Assembly: GCA_040752695.1 (NCBI GenBank) | Contig: JBFMGO010000023.1 | Coordinates: 1-63,817 of the forward strand | DNA length: 63,817 nt | Reading direction: 5' to 3' | DNA from: a bacterium | GTDB lineage: Bacteria > SZUA-182 > DTGQ01 | Shown here: positions 42,976-53,659 of the stretch, piece after piece | Layout: each line of letters begins with the position of its first letter | Numbering within the stretch: position 1 is the stretch's first letter | Notes under the pieces: model-generated | What the model was told of the DNA's origin: nothing | Databases searched by the model: none | What the model saw: the letters and a program-made list of their open reading frames with translations, nothing else | Translations under genes and position numbers: made by a program

Positions 42976-43334
42976 TTGTCCTTGCAATTATTGTCTTCAT
43001 CGTCTATCCTTGCTGTTATCCACCACGCTTTTGTTATTCTCCTTATCCTTTGTTTTGATTCTTTTTGGTAAAATCCCCATTATCCTTCATATTAAAAATA
43101 TTTGATGATATTTGTCAAGTACGATTTCAACTTTTTATGGCAAAAAAGCCTTCATGCTTGATATATCGTCAGGAATCAGACTATACTTCACAGGCTATTT
43201 TTGCTATAGTAGCGCATTATCCAGTATCTTAGGATGCCCGGTATTCAGTGCCCGGTATTCCAGAAACCGGCATCCGGAAAACCGAGGAGATCCAAAAAAA
43301 CCGTCATCAAAATTTGTATAAAAATTATCAGCCT

Positions 43335-44306
43335 ATGGACCATTTCTTGATTTGCCATCGTGGCGCTCTTGGTGATTTTATCCTTACCTGGCCTGTATTG
43401 TATACTCTCAGAAAGAGTTTGCCGGATCTTCCCTTTATGGGTATAGGTCGCCCGGAATACATGCGGCTGGCTGTCAGCCTGGGTCTTTTGGATTCTTTTT
43501 GCCATGCCGAATCATCCGAATTGGCCGGTTTTTTTTCAGGCCAGAGTGTTCCTCCTGTGTTTGGCTCTCCGAGAGGAGCCGTGCTCTGGCTGGCTGAGGG
43601 ACAGGCGGTGGCGGGCCTTTTAAAAAAGTCCGGAGCGTCTTTGCCTGTAGCCGTCATTCCCCCTTTCCCCAGAAAGCGAATGCATGTAAGCCGCTACCAC
43701 TGGCTGGCTGTCCAATCCTATTTCCCGGCGGTAGAGGGGATGTATCCTTGCTCTCTTTGCTTTTTTCCTGGTGAAAGGAAGAGCCATTACGCTTTGATTC
43801 ATCCAGGCAGCGGCAGCCAGGCCAAGAATTACCAACCGAGGGTTTATCGTGAGCTGGCTGATGAGCTCAGGCAGCAGGGCATGGCTGATGTGCGGTTCGT
43901 TCTGGGGCCAGTAGAAACGCAGGACGGCAGAACGGCGCAATACCTGGCAGGGGAAAGGGTAGAGATGCCGGAAGATGTGGAAACTCTGGCCCGTTTACAG
44001 GTCGGAGCATCACTGTATATCGGGAACGATTCCGGGGCAAGTCACCTGGCAGGGGCTCTTGGCACGACTACTGTAGCCCTGTATAAAGTCACGGATCCCG
44101 AGGTCTGGGGTGTTATGGGCGAACGGGTCACGAATCTTAAGGCCGAGAGTGAGGATTCCGCTCTTTGGCAGGTACGGGAATATATGCGAAAAGCGGGCAA
44201 TCGGACCTGCTTGACGATGTGCATAGGTGTGCATCACCAAGGTGACTATCATGCTCGTGGCAATAAAAAGACCGAGGAGAAGATACCGTCAGAGACATCC
44301 ACTTGA
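43335..44306 (+). CDS. Glycosyltransferase family 9 (heptosyltransferase-like)
   Basis: GALGDFILT, IHPGSGS..K, YIGNDSG.SHLAGALG; ATG 43335 preferred. Confidence 0.85.
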   Translation: MDHFLICHRGALGDFILTWPVLYTLRKSLPDLPFMGIGRPEYMRLAVSLGLLDSFCHAESSELAGFFSGQSVPPVFGSPRGAVLWLAEGQAVAGLLKKSGASLPVAVIPPFPRKRMHVSRYHWLAVQSYFPAVEGMYPCSLCFFPGERKSHYALIHPGSGSQAKNYQPRVYRELADELRQQGMADVRFVLGPVETQDGRTAQYLAGERVEMPEDVETLARLQVGASLYIGNDSGASHLAGALGTTTVALYKVTDPEVWGVMGERVTNLKAESEDSALWQVREYMRKAGNRTCLTMCIGVHHQGDYHARGNKKTEEKIPSETST

Positions 44307-44446
44307 CTTGCTTGGTGTGCAGCAGCGCTACAAAAGGTGGCGCCGGATATGCATGCCGAATATGCACATAGTTTGAGCAGGAAAACATTATCCACCTGAA
44401 AGCAAACCTTAGATCATACTTTAGGTCATAATCTGACTGGGACGAT

Positions 44447-45763
44447 ATGGATCAAATAATCGAAATGATAGTTGGAGAGCCGGATGCCATGAATGTACGG
44501 ACTATGGCCCTGCTTATGGAAGATGCCGGAGTGCAAAACCCGCAAGATCTGCTCGATTCAGCGGTGAAGAGCACGGTTCTCAATAGGATGGATGAAAAGG
44601 GGTATGGCGAGCAAAGAATCTGTTCGCATTACTTCGGGAGTGATCCCTTTGACCCTGAAATTACGCATCTGCCTAAATCATTCGCCTTTATGGGACAGAG
44701 ATTTACGGTTGACAGCCACGTATTTTCCAACGTGGTTTATGACCGGGTCCTCGTTAACGGGAAGAAAATTGAGAGATTTATGCCAAATCCGCTTGATGCC
44801 ATGTTTGTCCTTGGCAATAACAGGGCACTTCATCATCTGGAGGCGGAAATGGCACGCTGGCCATATGAGGGGAACCTATCCGTTTTGCGATATCTGGCTG
44901 ACCAGTACGATGAAGAGTTCTGGAAGTCGAATATGTATAATAGCTGGCTGTATGCCCTGCAAAGCCTTTCCGGGCCTTTTCAGAGTGAAGAGGGGTATAC
45001 CAGGACCATGCTCACCCCCACTTACCGGGATAAGCTTCTTCATACTCAACTTGCCTCCTGGGCTGAACTACGGCACGATACCATTCTCTACGCCAAGCAG
45101 TCATATACAATGGGGGCGACCTGCGAATATCCTGACGGCTATGTCGAACCTGTACCGGAGTTTTACCGGAGGTTGAGGGACTTCTCCACAAGGGCAAAGG
45201 ATATTTTGAGCAGCCTCAACATTCCCGCCGCCCTGAAGCAAAGGTATACGGCCCACTATCAAACCTTTGCCAATACTATGAGTATGTTGGAAACTCTGGC
45301 TCAAAAGGAACTTGACAGCCAGTCCAGAACTGAGGAAGAGACCCAATTCATAAAGGACACGATTATCAAAAAAGCGGTTTCGTCTGGTGGATGCGCGCCG
45401 GTCACGATTATCCTCCACGAGGGGTGGTACCCAAAACTATTCTATGGAGATGGCGAAAGGTGTGTCGAGCCTGACCTCATTGTAGCGGATGTGCACACAG
45501 ATGTTAACAACGAGCAGATGCTCCACGTAGGTGTAGGAATGATAGATGTTATCTATTTTACTGCCGAGACATGTGCCGGCCCTTCTCTGTATGTGGGGCC
45601 GGTTTTCTCTTACTATGAACGCATCGAAAATAACATGAACCGGCTTAATGATAGTGAATGGGCTCCTCTGGTAAGATCGCATGTTCTCCATGCTCCTCAG
45701 TGGACACAAATTTTTCTCATCGATAGTGCAGGAGACACAACCATGGCACAGGAAGCACAATGA
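44447..45763 (+). pseudogene. DUF3160-family protein, probably N-terminally truncated
   Basis: FMGQRFTVDS, LASWAELRHDTILYAKQSY, GYVEP, ADVHT, GPVFSYYE; in-frame TAA six codons upstream of the ATG; no signal peptide. Confidence 0.7.
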
Positions 45764-45843
45764 GCACTTACAACACCTAAGTAGTCCTATCGCCAAGTAA
45801 ATGCTAAGGACATTAACTGAGCAGTTTTGGGTAAACTACTCAA

Positions 45844-45881
45844 CCCCTCACCCCAGCCCTCTCCCCGAAGGGGCGAGGGAG
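45844..45881. repeat. REP-like palindrome
   Basis: CCCCTCACCCCAGCCCTCTCCCC-GAA-GGGGCGAGGGAG. Confidence 0.6.
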
Positions 45882-45984
45882 TTAAAACGGGGCACTGCCC
45901 CTCCCGGGGCCGCTATTATTTACATAGCGAGAGGATCACTTAGAAACAACGACCACTGAAAGGTGAAGGAGGTTATCTAATACT

Positions 45985-47478
45985 ATGTCTTCGTATCACT
46001 TTGTGGGGGTGGGAGGAAGCGGCATGAGTTCTCTTGCCCAGGTTTTGGCTGCCAGGGGAGTCAGGGTCAGCGGATCGGATCGCAACTATGATCTTGGAAT
46101 AAACCTGCCCCTGTTCGACTGGCTCTCTTCATTCGGCATTCAGCTCTATCCCCAGGATGGCAGCGGAGTAACACCTGACCTGGAGGCTTTGGTAGTTTCC
46201 ACGGCGGTGGAGGAAAGCATCCCTGATGTAGCCAGGGCACGTCAGTTGGCGGTTCCTGTTCGTAAGCGCGCAGATGTTCTGGCCGATCTTTTGAACACAA
46301 GTTACGGGATCGCCGTTGCCGGAACAAGCGGCAAAAGTACGGTCACCGGCATGATCGGCCACATCCTGACCCAGGCAGGGTGGGACCCGACGGTTATCAA
46401 TGGCGGGGCCATGAAGAATTTTCCGCTCGATGGCAGGCCAAACAACATGCGCCTTGGCTCGGCGGATGTGATCGTGGCCGAAGTCGACGAAAGCGATGGA
46501 TCGATTGTCAACTACTGCCCCGGCCTGGCCGTTATCACGAATATTTCCAAAGATCATAAAGACATCCCTGAACTTCAGACACTTTTCGGAATTTTTGCCA
46601 GCCAGACGAAAGAAAAGGTTGTGATTAATGCAGATTGCCCCAATAGTGCTGCCTTGAATCTTTCCCCCGACCATGTCATTCCCTTCTCCCTGAAGGAGGT
46701 TTCCCCCTTTAAGGCGCATCACCTTCACCTTGAGCCTTTCGGCAGTACATTCGAGTGCCAGGGGCAGCTTTTTCACCTGCAAGTACCAGGACTGCACAAT
46801 ATTTACAACGCCCTTGCCGCTATAGCCACAGTCAGCCATCTGGGGATACCGCCGGCATCCATTCAGGAGGGATTGGACAGTTTTCAGGGAATAAGCAGAA
46901 GGTTTGACCTGATCGGAGAGGTTATATGCAGGGGAGAAGTCTGGAGCGAAGGAGAAACCGGCAGCCAAGAAGAGGGCAGGGGTGAAGGAAGAGCCAGGCG
47001 CGAAGGAGGAGGCAGGGGAAAAAGTATACGAAGGATCAGGGTGATTGACGATTTCGCCCACAATCCCGATAAGATAGCGGCTACGCTCAAGGCAGCAGCC
47101 TTGCTGAACTCAAGGCTCATTGTCGTATTCCAGCCCCACGGCTTTGGCCCGACCCGGTTTTTGAAGGATGAACTGGTCGAATCACTGGCAAAAGGCACCT
47201 CGGACCAGGATGTAATCTTCCTGCCCGAGATCTTTTACGCAGGAGGCACCACGACCCGTGATATTTCCTCGCTGGACCTTGCCCGGGCCATTGCGGCCAG
47301 GGGACGTGATGCACGGTATGGAGAAAGCAAGGATGCCATTCTCAAGCCCCTGGTTGAAGAAACCCGGCCCGGTGATACCGTGGTGGTTATGGGTGGCCGC
47401 GATGATACCCTGACCCTGTTTTGCCGGAAAGTAGTTCAATTATTGGAGGAAAGATACGCACATTGTGCTATACTGTAG
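45985..47478 (+). CDS. MurC/Mpl-like Mur ligase with low-complexity insertion
   Basis: HFVGVGGSGMS, GSD, VAGTSGKST, EVDESDG, DH, HN..NA, DDFAHNP, VFQPH. Confidence 0.88.
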   Translation: MSSYHFVGVGGSGMSSLAQVLAARGVRVSGSDRNYDLGINLPLFDWLSSFGIQLYPQDGSGVTPDLEALVVSTAVEESIPDVARARQLAVPVRKRADVLADLLNTSYGIAVAGTSGKSTVTGMIGHILTQAGWDPTVINGGAMKNFPLDGRPNNMRLGSADVIVAEVDESDGSIVNYCPGLAVITNISKDHKDIPELQTLFGIFASQTKEKVVINADCPNSAALNLSPDHVIPFSLKEVSPFKAHHLHLEPFGSTFECQGQLFHLQVPGLHNIYNALAAIATVSHLGIPPASIQEGLDSFQGISRRFDLIGEVICRGEVWSEGETGSQEEGRGEGRARREGGGRGKSIRRIRVIDDFAHNPDKIAATLKAAALLNSRLIVVFQPHGFGPTRFLKDELVESLAKGTSDQDVIFLPEIFYAGGTTTRDISSLDLARAIAARGRDARYGESKDAILKPLVEETRPGDTVVVMGGRDDTLTLFCRKVVQLLEERYAHCAIL

Positions 47479-47540
47479 AGAGAAATTGACTATCTCACAC
47501 CGATCGTCTCACTTAGTTTCTTTAAGCAGGACAATTTCTC

Positions 47541-48362
47541 ATGGCTGTATTTCTTTTTTGGAACCTTAACAATAAACCTCTCCAGGAAACTGTCGGGTGT
47601 CTGGCAGCCCGACATGAAGTTGATGTACTCATGTTCGCTGAGTGCGCAATCGAACCGAGTATATTATTAAATACTTTGAACCAAAGTCAGGATAATATAT
47701 CCCAATATTACTACGCACGAAGTGAAGGGTGTGAAAAAATTAAGATATTTACGCGATTTACTGATCAATTTATACAACGTATATATGAGGAAGACAGGCT
47801 TACCATACGGCATCTTAAAATCCCTGAGTTGACCGATATTTTAATAGCAGTGATCCATTTCTCCAGCAAACTTCACTGGTGCAATGATAGTCAATCTTTT
47901 GAATGTGTAGAATTAGCAAGAACAATAAAAGAAGCAGAAGAAGAAGTGGGACATTCAAGAACGGTATTGATTGGAGACTTTAATATGAATCCTTTCGAAA
48001 GCGGAGTGGTGAGTGCGAATGGATTACATGCTGTTATGAGCCGGTATGCTGCAAAGAAGAAAACACGGGTCGTCAATAGGAGAGAGTATCCTTTCTTTTA
48101 TAACCCGATGTGGAGTCTTTTTGGTGATATGTCACCTGGACCCCCGGGAACCTATTACTTTTCTAAATCAGTTCAAAAGGTTTTCTTTTGGAATATGTTC
48201 GATCAAGTATTGATTCGTCCTGATTTACTGGATCTTTTTAGCAACGAAGAATTGAAGATATTAGATTCTGATGGAAATAAATCACTTCTATCTTCGCGGG
48301 GAGTGCCTGACGCTAAGGTTGTCTCAGATCATCTCCCAATACTTTTTAAACTTAAACTTTAA
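47541..48362 (+). CDS. Divergent EEP-fold (DNase I-like) nuclease/phosphatase
   Basis: FWN, E, H, GDFNMNP, FDQVL, SDHLP catalytic motifs; AT-rich. Confidence 0.8.
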   Translation: MAVFLFWNLNNKPLQETVGCLAARHEVDVLMFAECAIEPSILLNTLNQSQDNISQYYYARSEGCEKIKIFTRFTDQFIQRIYEEDRLTIRHLKIPELTDILIAVIHFSSKLHWCNDSQSFECVELARTIKEAEEEVGHSRTVLIGDFNMNPFESGVVSANGLHAVMSRYAAKKKTRVVNRREYPFFYNPMWSLFGDMSPGPPGTYYFSKSVQKVFFWNMFDQVLIRPDLLDLFSNEELKILDSDGNKSLLSSRGVPDAKVVSDHLPILFKLKL

Positions 48363-48378
48363 GTGGAGGTTGAATATT

Positions 48379-48822
48379 ATGGATATGTGGCCAGAGAGTA
48401 TAGGACAAAACATTGCGTTAAAGCCACCATCGGCCATCCTTAAAGAGCAGGCAGCACTATTGGGAAATAAAACAAAGAACATAGTTACTGCTGAAGTTAA
48501 AAATAGGGGGGAGTCTGGTCTGGGATCGTTTTCTTACAATTTTAATTTAGTAGCTCCAGCTTATGGCTATAGATACAAACTATTCCAGGTTTGGTATGGT
48601 CTTGAATACTACCCTATCCACTTTACTGTTGAAGAGGAGATAGAAAAAGTTTTATCTGAGCATCTATCAGCACTACCAATCCCAACCCAACCAGCACATA
48701 GAGAAGTTAAGCACCCTGTAGCCAAATCGGAAGAAGAGTTTTTGGAAATATTGGGGAAGATTTTCAGCGCTGAAAAGACCATAAGGATTATCAACGCACT
48801 GATAGCTGAGAGCGAAGCATAA
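48379..48822 (+). CDS. Hypothetical protein coupled to the EEP nuclease
   Basis: GGAGG RBS before ATG 48379, 16 nt after the EEP stop; AT-rich. Confidence 0.75.
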   Translation: MDMWPESIGQNIALKPPSAILKEQAALLGNKTKNIVTAEVKNRGESGLGSFSYNFNLVAPAYGYRYKLFQVWYGLEYYPIHFTVEEEIEKVLSEHLSALPIPTQPAHREVKHPVAKSEEEFLEILGKIFSAEKTIRIINALIAESEA

Positions 48823-48894
48823 TGATAGAAGTGTTATCTACAGTTTTATGCGCATAAATGAAATCCGCTTCTTTGTAATGACAGAGGAATTTCC

Positions 48895-49674
48895 ATGATT
48901 ATAGCCACGCATCAGCCGATCTTTTCCCCCTGGCTGGGTTTTTTCTTCAAGGCCCTGCACTGTGACCTTCTGGTTCTCCTGGACGATGTGCAATTCCCAC
49001 GGGGTACTACCTGGATCAGCAGGAACCGGTTCAAGTTTCATCAGGGCGAATTATGGCTGACGGTGCCGGTATGGAAGAAGGGGAGAGGGCTGCAAAAAAT
49101 CAACGAAGTGGAAATCTGCTATGAGGAAGATTGGCCGAGGAAGCATATTGCCAGTCTGAGCACTGCTTACCGCCATGCTCCATACTGGGAAGATCACCGG
49201 CCTTTCTGGGAAGAGACGTACGGGCAAAAACCCCGGAAACTGGTTGATCTTAACCTGCACATTATTGAATATCTGAAAACCACTTTAGCGATTTCCACAA
49301 AAGTAGAGCTCAGCTCATCATTGGCCGTAGAGGCCGCAGGGAACGAGCGGCTGATCGAGATCTGCCGCAGGCACAGGGCTTCTGTCTATCTTGCGCAATA
49401 CGAGGCCAGAAAATTTATCCAGGCAGACGCCTTTGCCAGAGCAGGAATAGAGGTCAGGTATTTCCGGTTCCATCATCCTGTTTATCCCCAGTTGTGGGGG
49501 GATTTCTTGTATAACCTCTCGGCCTGGGATCTGCTGAATACCTGCGGCCCACGCAGTTATTCCATCCTGGCCGGATCGCCTTTGGCGATGATCCTGCCGG
49601 AAGAGGCAGAGTCAACAGACTCCTCATCCGATCCTGGACCGGCTGAAGGCACTGAGACCGAAGGCAAACGATGA
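48895..49674 (+). CDS. WbqC family protein
   Basis: HQP.F.PWLGFF.K, DDVQF, RN, WLTVPV, YPQ..G.F..NLS..DLL. Confidence 0.88.
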   Translation: MIIATHQPIFSPWLGFFFKALHCDLLVLLDDVQFPRGTTWISRNRFKFHQGELWLTVPVWKKGRGLQKINEVEICYEEDWPRKHIASLSTAYRHAPYWEDHRPFWEETYGQKPRKLVDLNLHIIEYLKTTLAISTKVELSSSLAVEAAGNERLIEICRRHRASVYLAQYEARKFIQADAFARAGIEVRYFRFHHPVYPQLWGDFLYNLSAWDLLNTCGPRSYSILAGSPLAMILPEEAESTDSSSDPGPAEGTETEGKR

Positions 49675-49815
49675 GACCGGATAGAGAGACATAACGAGCC
49701 GGGCACGGACATAACTGAGCCTGCCACGGGCAACTGAGCCTGTTAAGGATACACTGAGAGAGTAGGACTAAGAATAGGGATAGGGATTAAGGATAAGGAT
49801 TAGGGATTAAGGATA

Positions 49816-50301
49816 ATGAAGCAAGTAGAGATATATACGGACGGGGCCGCTCTCGGTAATCCGGGGCCGGGAGGTTATGGGGTCATTCTGCGTTATGGAG
49901 AGCATGTCAAGGAGTTTTCCGGCGGATTTCGCAAAACCACCAACAATCGGATGGAAATTCTGGCAGCCATCGTAGGGCTGGAAAGCCTCAAGGAAAAATG
50001 CCGGGTTATTATCACCAGCGATTCGCGCTACCTGGTGGACAGCGTGACCAAAAGGTGGGTCTATCGCTGGAAAGCCAATAACTGGAAGCGAGGCACCAGG
50101 GATCAGGTGCCGAATGCAGACCTTTGGGAGCGGCTTTTGAATCAGCTTCAGACGCACTCTGTGGAATTTCGCTGGATCCGCGGGCATAATGGTCATGAGG
50201 AAAATGAGCGCTGCGACGAATTGGCCACAACCGCTGCCAGCCAGTCCACGCTGCCGGTCGATACCGGCTACGTGTCATCATCAGCAAGAAACGGCACCTG
50301 A
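49816..50301 (+). CDS. rnhA: Ribonuclease HI
   Basis: IYTDGA..GNPGPGG, TTNNRME, SDS.Y, N.DLW, W.RGH.G..ENE.CD. Confidence 0.96.
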   Translation: MKQVEIYTDGAALGNPGPGGYGVILRYGEHVKEFSGGFRKTTNNRMEILAAIVGLESLKEKCRVIITSDSRYLVDSVTKRWVYRWKANNWKRGTRDQVPNADLWERLLNQLQTHSVEFRWIRGHNGHEENERCDELATTAASQSTLPVDTGYVSSSARNGT

Positions 50302-50327
50302 CTCACTGGGGTGGTTCCCTTTTAAGG

Positions 50328-50957
50328 TTAATCCCCTCCGACTTCCCTTTGCTGGATCCAGCTTGTATCTCCCACACCCTGTCGGACAACCTCGATCTGA
50401 TCATTTACCAGCTCAATGATAGTGGAATCCCGAGGGAAGATGGCTCCGCCGTCAATAATCATGTCTATCTCATGCCCGAAAATTTTTTCCACTTCCCAGA
50501 GATCTACAGGCTCATCCTCCTCCATCCCCGGAAGCCCGGCGCTTAAGATAGGCCCGGCATATTCTTTGCCCAGTTCGAGTAAAATCGGATTGTCCGGTAT
50601 GCGCACTCCGATTGTTTTTCGCTTGGTCAGGGTGATCTTGGGGAGAATTCTGGTTCCGGGCAGGATAAACGTGTACGGCCCGGGGAGAAGCCTCCGCATG
50701 ATCTTGTAGGCCAGGTTACTTATCTGAGCGTATTTGCTGAGCTCGTGAAAGTCGGTACAGATCACGCTAAACAATTTCTTTTTATCTGCATGGGCGATCC
50801 GGTAGAGTCTCTCCACAGCCCTTTTATTGAACAGATCGCATCCTATGTCATATTTGGTATCTGTAGGAAAAAGCAGGATATTACCATCCCGAATCACCTG
50901 GGCAGCCTGCTTGATCAGCCTGGATTGGGGATTTTTCGGGTGTATTTCGATTATCAT
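50328..50957 (-). CDS. Sua5/YciO/YrdC family protein (threonylcarbamoyl-AMP synthase-like)
   Basis: IEIHPKNPQ.RLI, PTDT.Y, LPGPYTFIL, TIGVRIPDN. Confidence 0.88.
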   Translation of the reverse strand: MIIEIHPKNPQSRLIKQAAQVIRDGNILLFPTDTKYDIGCDLFNKRAVERLYRIAHADKKKLFSVICTDFHELSKYAQISNLAYKIMRRLLPGPYTFILPGTRILPKITLTKRKTIGVRIPDNPILLELGKEYAGPILSAGLPGMEEDEPVDLWEVEKIFGHEIDMIIDGGAIFPRDSTIIELVNDQIEVVRQGVGDTSWIQQREVGGD

Positions 50958-51263
50958 AATTTCACCATACCTAACTCTGTTGTCAGGTTAATAAAATATT
51001 ATACTATCCATACTATCGGTAGAAATTATAAAATTTATGAACAAAAATTTCCAGTATTTTTTCGATTGCGTGGGAAGCTATGGTGGTTTGGAAATTATGA
51101 CATTTTAAGGATCGGGGTCATTATAAGCAAGTCATTATAAGCAATGGAACGGCTTCTGCCCCTCTCCCCTCCACCTTATTTCTTTTCAGCTCCAGCTTGC
51201 TTGAGCTTAGGTATCAGAAGAAGGGTTTGGAAAGCATAATCGATAAAAATACAAAGAAAATCC

Positions 51264-51295
51264 AAAATGCAGAGCCAGCAATGGCTCTGCATTTT
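51264..51295. terminator. Bidirectional rho-independent terminator
   Basis: AAAATGCAGAGCCA-GCAA-TGGCTCTGCATTTT. Confidence 0.75.
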
Positions 51296-51428
51296 TGTTG
51301 CTTTTATTACCGTTCGTCATTGCCTTTATTGACTTACAGCACGGAAGAAGTGCCTGGTTTTATGTCATATTTGGATAAAACATAAATGGATCTTATTCTT
51401 GTTCTTACCGTTGAATCGATGTTTACCG

Positions 51429-51917
51429 CTAAGTCGAAGGATAATAATCCTTTCTGATCTCGAAGTAACAGGCGTTGTTAATTTCCTTCACATCGAAGTA
51501 TAGCACATAAAAGATGCCACCCGGTTTCAAGACCCGGCATACTTCTTTCACAATAGCCTGTTTAAATTTGAAAAGGATAGCCGAATAGATAACGATAACC
51601 CTGTCTAAAAAAGCGTCCGGCAGGGGTAGTTCCGTCAGGCGGGAGTAGAGAAAAGTCATATTGCGGCTTTGGGTCCATCCTGAGATTTGTCTCCCCTCCC
51701 TGTCACCTGGACCCACGACTACATACAGTTGGCCATTGGGATTTCTCTTGACGATATCCTGAGCAGATTCCCAGGTGCCACGGCAAAGAGTCAGCACCTT
51801 TTGTCCATCAAAGATGGATAATTCCCTTATGAGTTGATTGTAGGACTCCTCTAATCTGCTCTGATCTACGTTTGATAACAGAGGTGATTCCGCTCTTGAC
51901 TTTTCCTGTAACGGCAT
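51429..51917 (-). CDS. Degenerate class I SAM-methyltransferase-like protein
   Basis: KVLTLCRGT (degenerate motif I), LPLPDAFLD.V, EVCRVLKPGG. Confidence 0.6.
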   Translation of the reverse strand: MPLQEKSRAESPLLSNVDQSRLEESYNQLIRELSIFDGQKVLTLCRGTWESAQDIVKRNPNGQLYVVVGPGDREGRQISGWTQSRNMTFLYSRLTELPLPDAFLDRVIVIYSAILFKFKQAIVKEVCRVLKPGGIFYVLYFDVKEINNACYFEIRKDYYPST

Positions 51918-52175
51918 ATCCGTCTCCTAATGTCCCAAACTTATACTTCATAGGTAAATAATGAAGATTGTTCAGAGAGAAACGAGGATCTCTCATAGTG
52001 AAATTTGATCTTAAGGATACCAGGAAGAAGAAATTCTGTCAAAGTATCAAAGACCTCTTTTCTATCACTCTCCTTGAGGCTATCCCCCAAATCACTCTCT
52101 TTGGCCACAATATCCCTTCAGAATCATACTATCGCGGTGATAAGAGCCGATGATATCTCAAGTGGAGGAAATTGC

Positions 52176-53417
52176 ATGCAGCGAACGGAAAAGTATCACG
52201 ATCAGAGGAAAGATTCTGAAGTGCCCAAAGTTGAATCTGAAAGGAAAGCTTCGAAAGAAAGTACCCCTTCCCCACCCAGAAAAGAAAGGCTCCTGCCGTT
52301 GGACGCGCTCAGGGGTCTTATCATGGTTTTAATGGCCCTGGATCATGCCAGCTACTATATCGCCGAAGTACATCCGGAGGAGTTCTGGGGCACACCGCTG
52401 CCGCTGTATGCGAGCACCCTGGCCTTTTTAACGCGGTGGATCACTCACCTGGCTGCACCCGGCTTTTTCTTTCTGATGGGCGTCAGCATGGTTTTATTTG
52501 CTGAATCACGCCGTAATTCAGGATGGTCAGAGGGGAAGATCAGCCGGTATTTGGCTTTTCGGGGTCTTTTACTTATTGTAATCCAGGAAGTGCTCATCAA
52601 CCCGGCGTGGACACTGGCTTCTTCATCTATCATGGGAGAGACAATGCCCGGCGGAGGAGGTAAGGCTTTCTGGCCGTACCATGCTGGAGTACTCTATGGC
52701 CTGGGCGCATCGATGATCGTGTGTGCATTCCTGCTCAGATATAGTTCGGCCGTGCTGACATGTGTGAGTTTTGGGGCCATTCTGGCAACACAGGTTCTCA
52801 TCCCGCCTCCCGAAAAGGCGGCTGTACTGTACTCTCCGCTGATTCGTCTTCTGCTTATACCGGGACAGACAGGCGTGTGGCAGGTATACTATCCTCTCAT
52901 CCCCTGGCTCGGTTTGCCGGGGATGGGAATAGTCTTTGGCAGAGAGCTCTTACGGGATCGAAGGCGAGCCTATACCAGTGCGCTTATCTTCGGCCTGGGC
53001 TCCCTGTTCCTCTTTGCAGTCCTGCGATATTCAGGCTTTCCTGTCGATTTCCATCCCCTCTCTGGCAAGTCTCAGTGGATTGCCTTTTTGAATCTGACCA
53101 AATACCCTCCCAGCCTTGGGTTTATTCTCCTCACCCTCGGCATGAATATGGTTCTGCTCTACCTTCTGTCCAGGGCAGGCAATGGACTGGAAAAATGGGG
53201 AGACCCGCTTCTTACTTTTGGAAAAACAGCCCTCTTTTTTTATATTTTGCACCTCTATCTCTATGCCCTTATCGGCAGCATCTCTCCAGGCAGGGCCAGT
53301 ATTGCCCTCGTGTATCCCTGGTGCCTTATTGGCCTTCTGTTGCTCTATCCCCTGTGCAAATGGTATGGGAATTTTAAACAACGGACTCCACCGGATTCTG
53401 TGTGGAGGTTTTTCTAG
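52176..53417 (+). CDS. DUF1624 / HGSNAT-like membrane acyltransferase
   Basis: LDALRGLIMVLMALDH, RWITH..AP.F..L.G, KYPPSL, FFYILH; multi-TM. Confidence 0.85.
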   Translation: MQRTEKYHDQRKDSEVPKVESERKASKESTPSPPRKERLLPLDALRGLIMVLMALDHASYYIAEVHPEEFWGTPLPLYASTLAFLTRWITHLAAPGFFFLMGVSMVLFAESRRNSGWSEGKISRYLAFRGLLLIVIQEVLINPAWTLASSSIMGETMPGGGGKAFWPYHAGVLYGLGASMIVCAFLLRYSSAVLTCVSFGAILATQVLIPPPEKAAVLYSPLIRLLLIPGQTGVWQVYYPLIPWLGLPGMGIVFGRELLRDRRRAYTSALIFGLGSLFLFAVLRYSGFPVDFHPLSGKSQWIAFLNLTKYPPSLGFILLTLGMNMVLLYLLSRAGNGLEKWGDPLLTFGKTALFFYILHLYLYALIGSISPGRASIALVYPWCLIGLLLLYPLCKWYGNFKQRTPPDSVWRFF

Positions 53418-53472
53418 TCTGCTTGGTACGGATCGCCTTAATTCCGCAACCAGTTAGTGTGTAGTAATCCTT

Positions 53473-53576
53473 CGTCATTCTGAGCGAAGGCTTAGAATCC
53501 TCCAAGCCCTTGAAAAACCTGGATTCTAATCTCCCCGCTTAATGCCTGCTCAGGACAGGCTCCGCTCAGAACGACG
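53473..53576. repeat. REP/RPE-like palindromic element
   Basis: CGTCATTCTGAGCG ... CGCTCAGAACGACG ends with inner AGAATCC/GGATTCT arms. Confidence 0.65.
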
Positions 53577-53659
53577 TTTGGCGGACTTTTTCGTAAAGGT
53601 GTCCGCGAAAAAGACAAGGTCAACCGGACGCGTATTTGTGGCGACCTGTACTTAGCGTT

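Noticed and set aside
46129..47061. 310-aa minus-strand ORF and other long ORFs nested in annotated genes
   Set aside because: They overlap well-supported genes and lack protein-family motifs.
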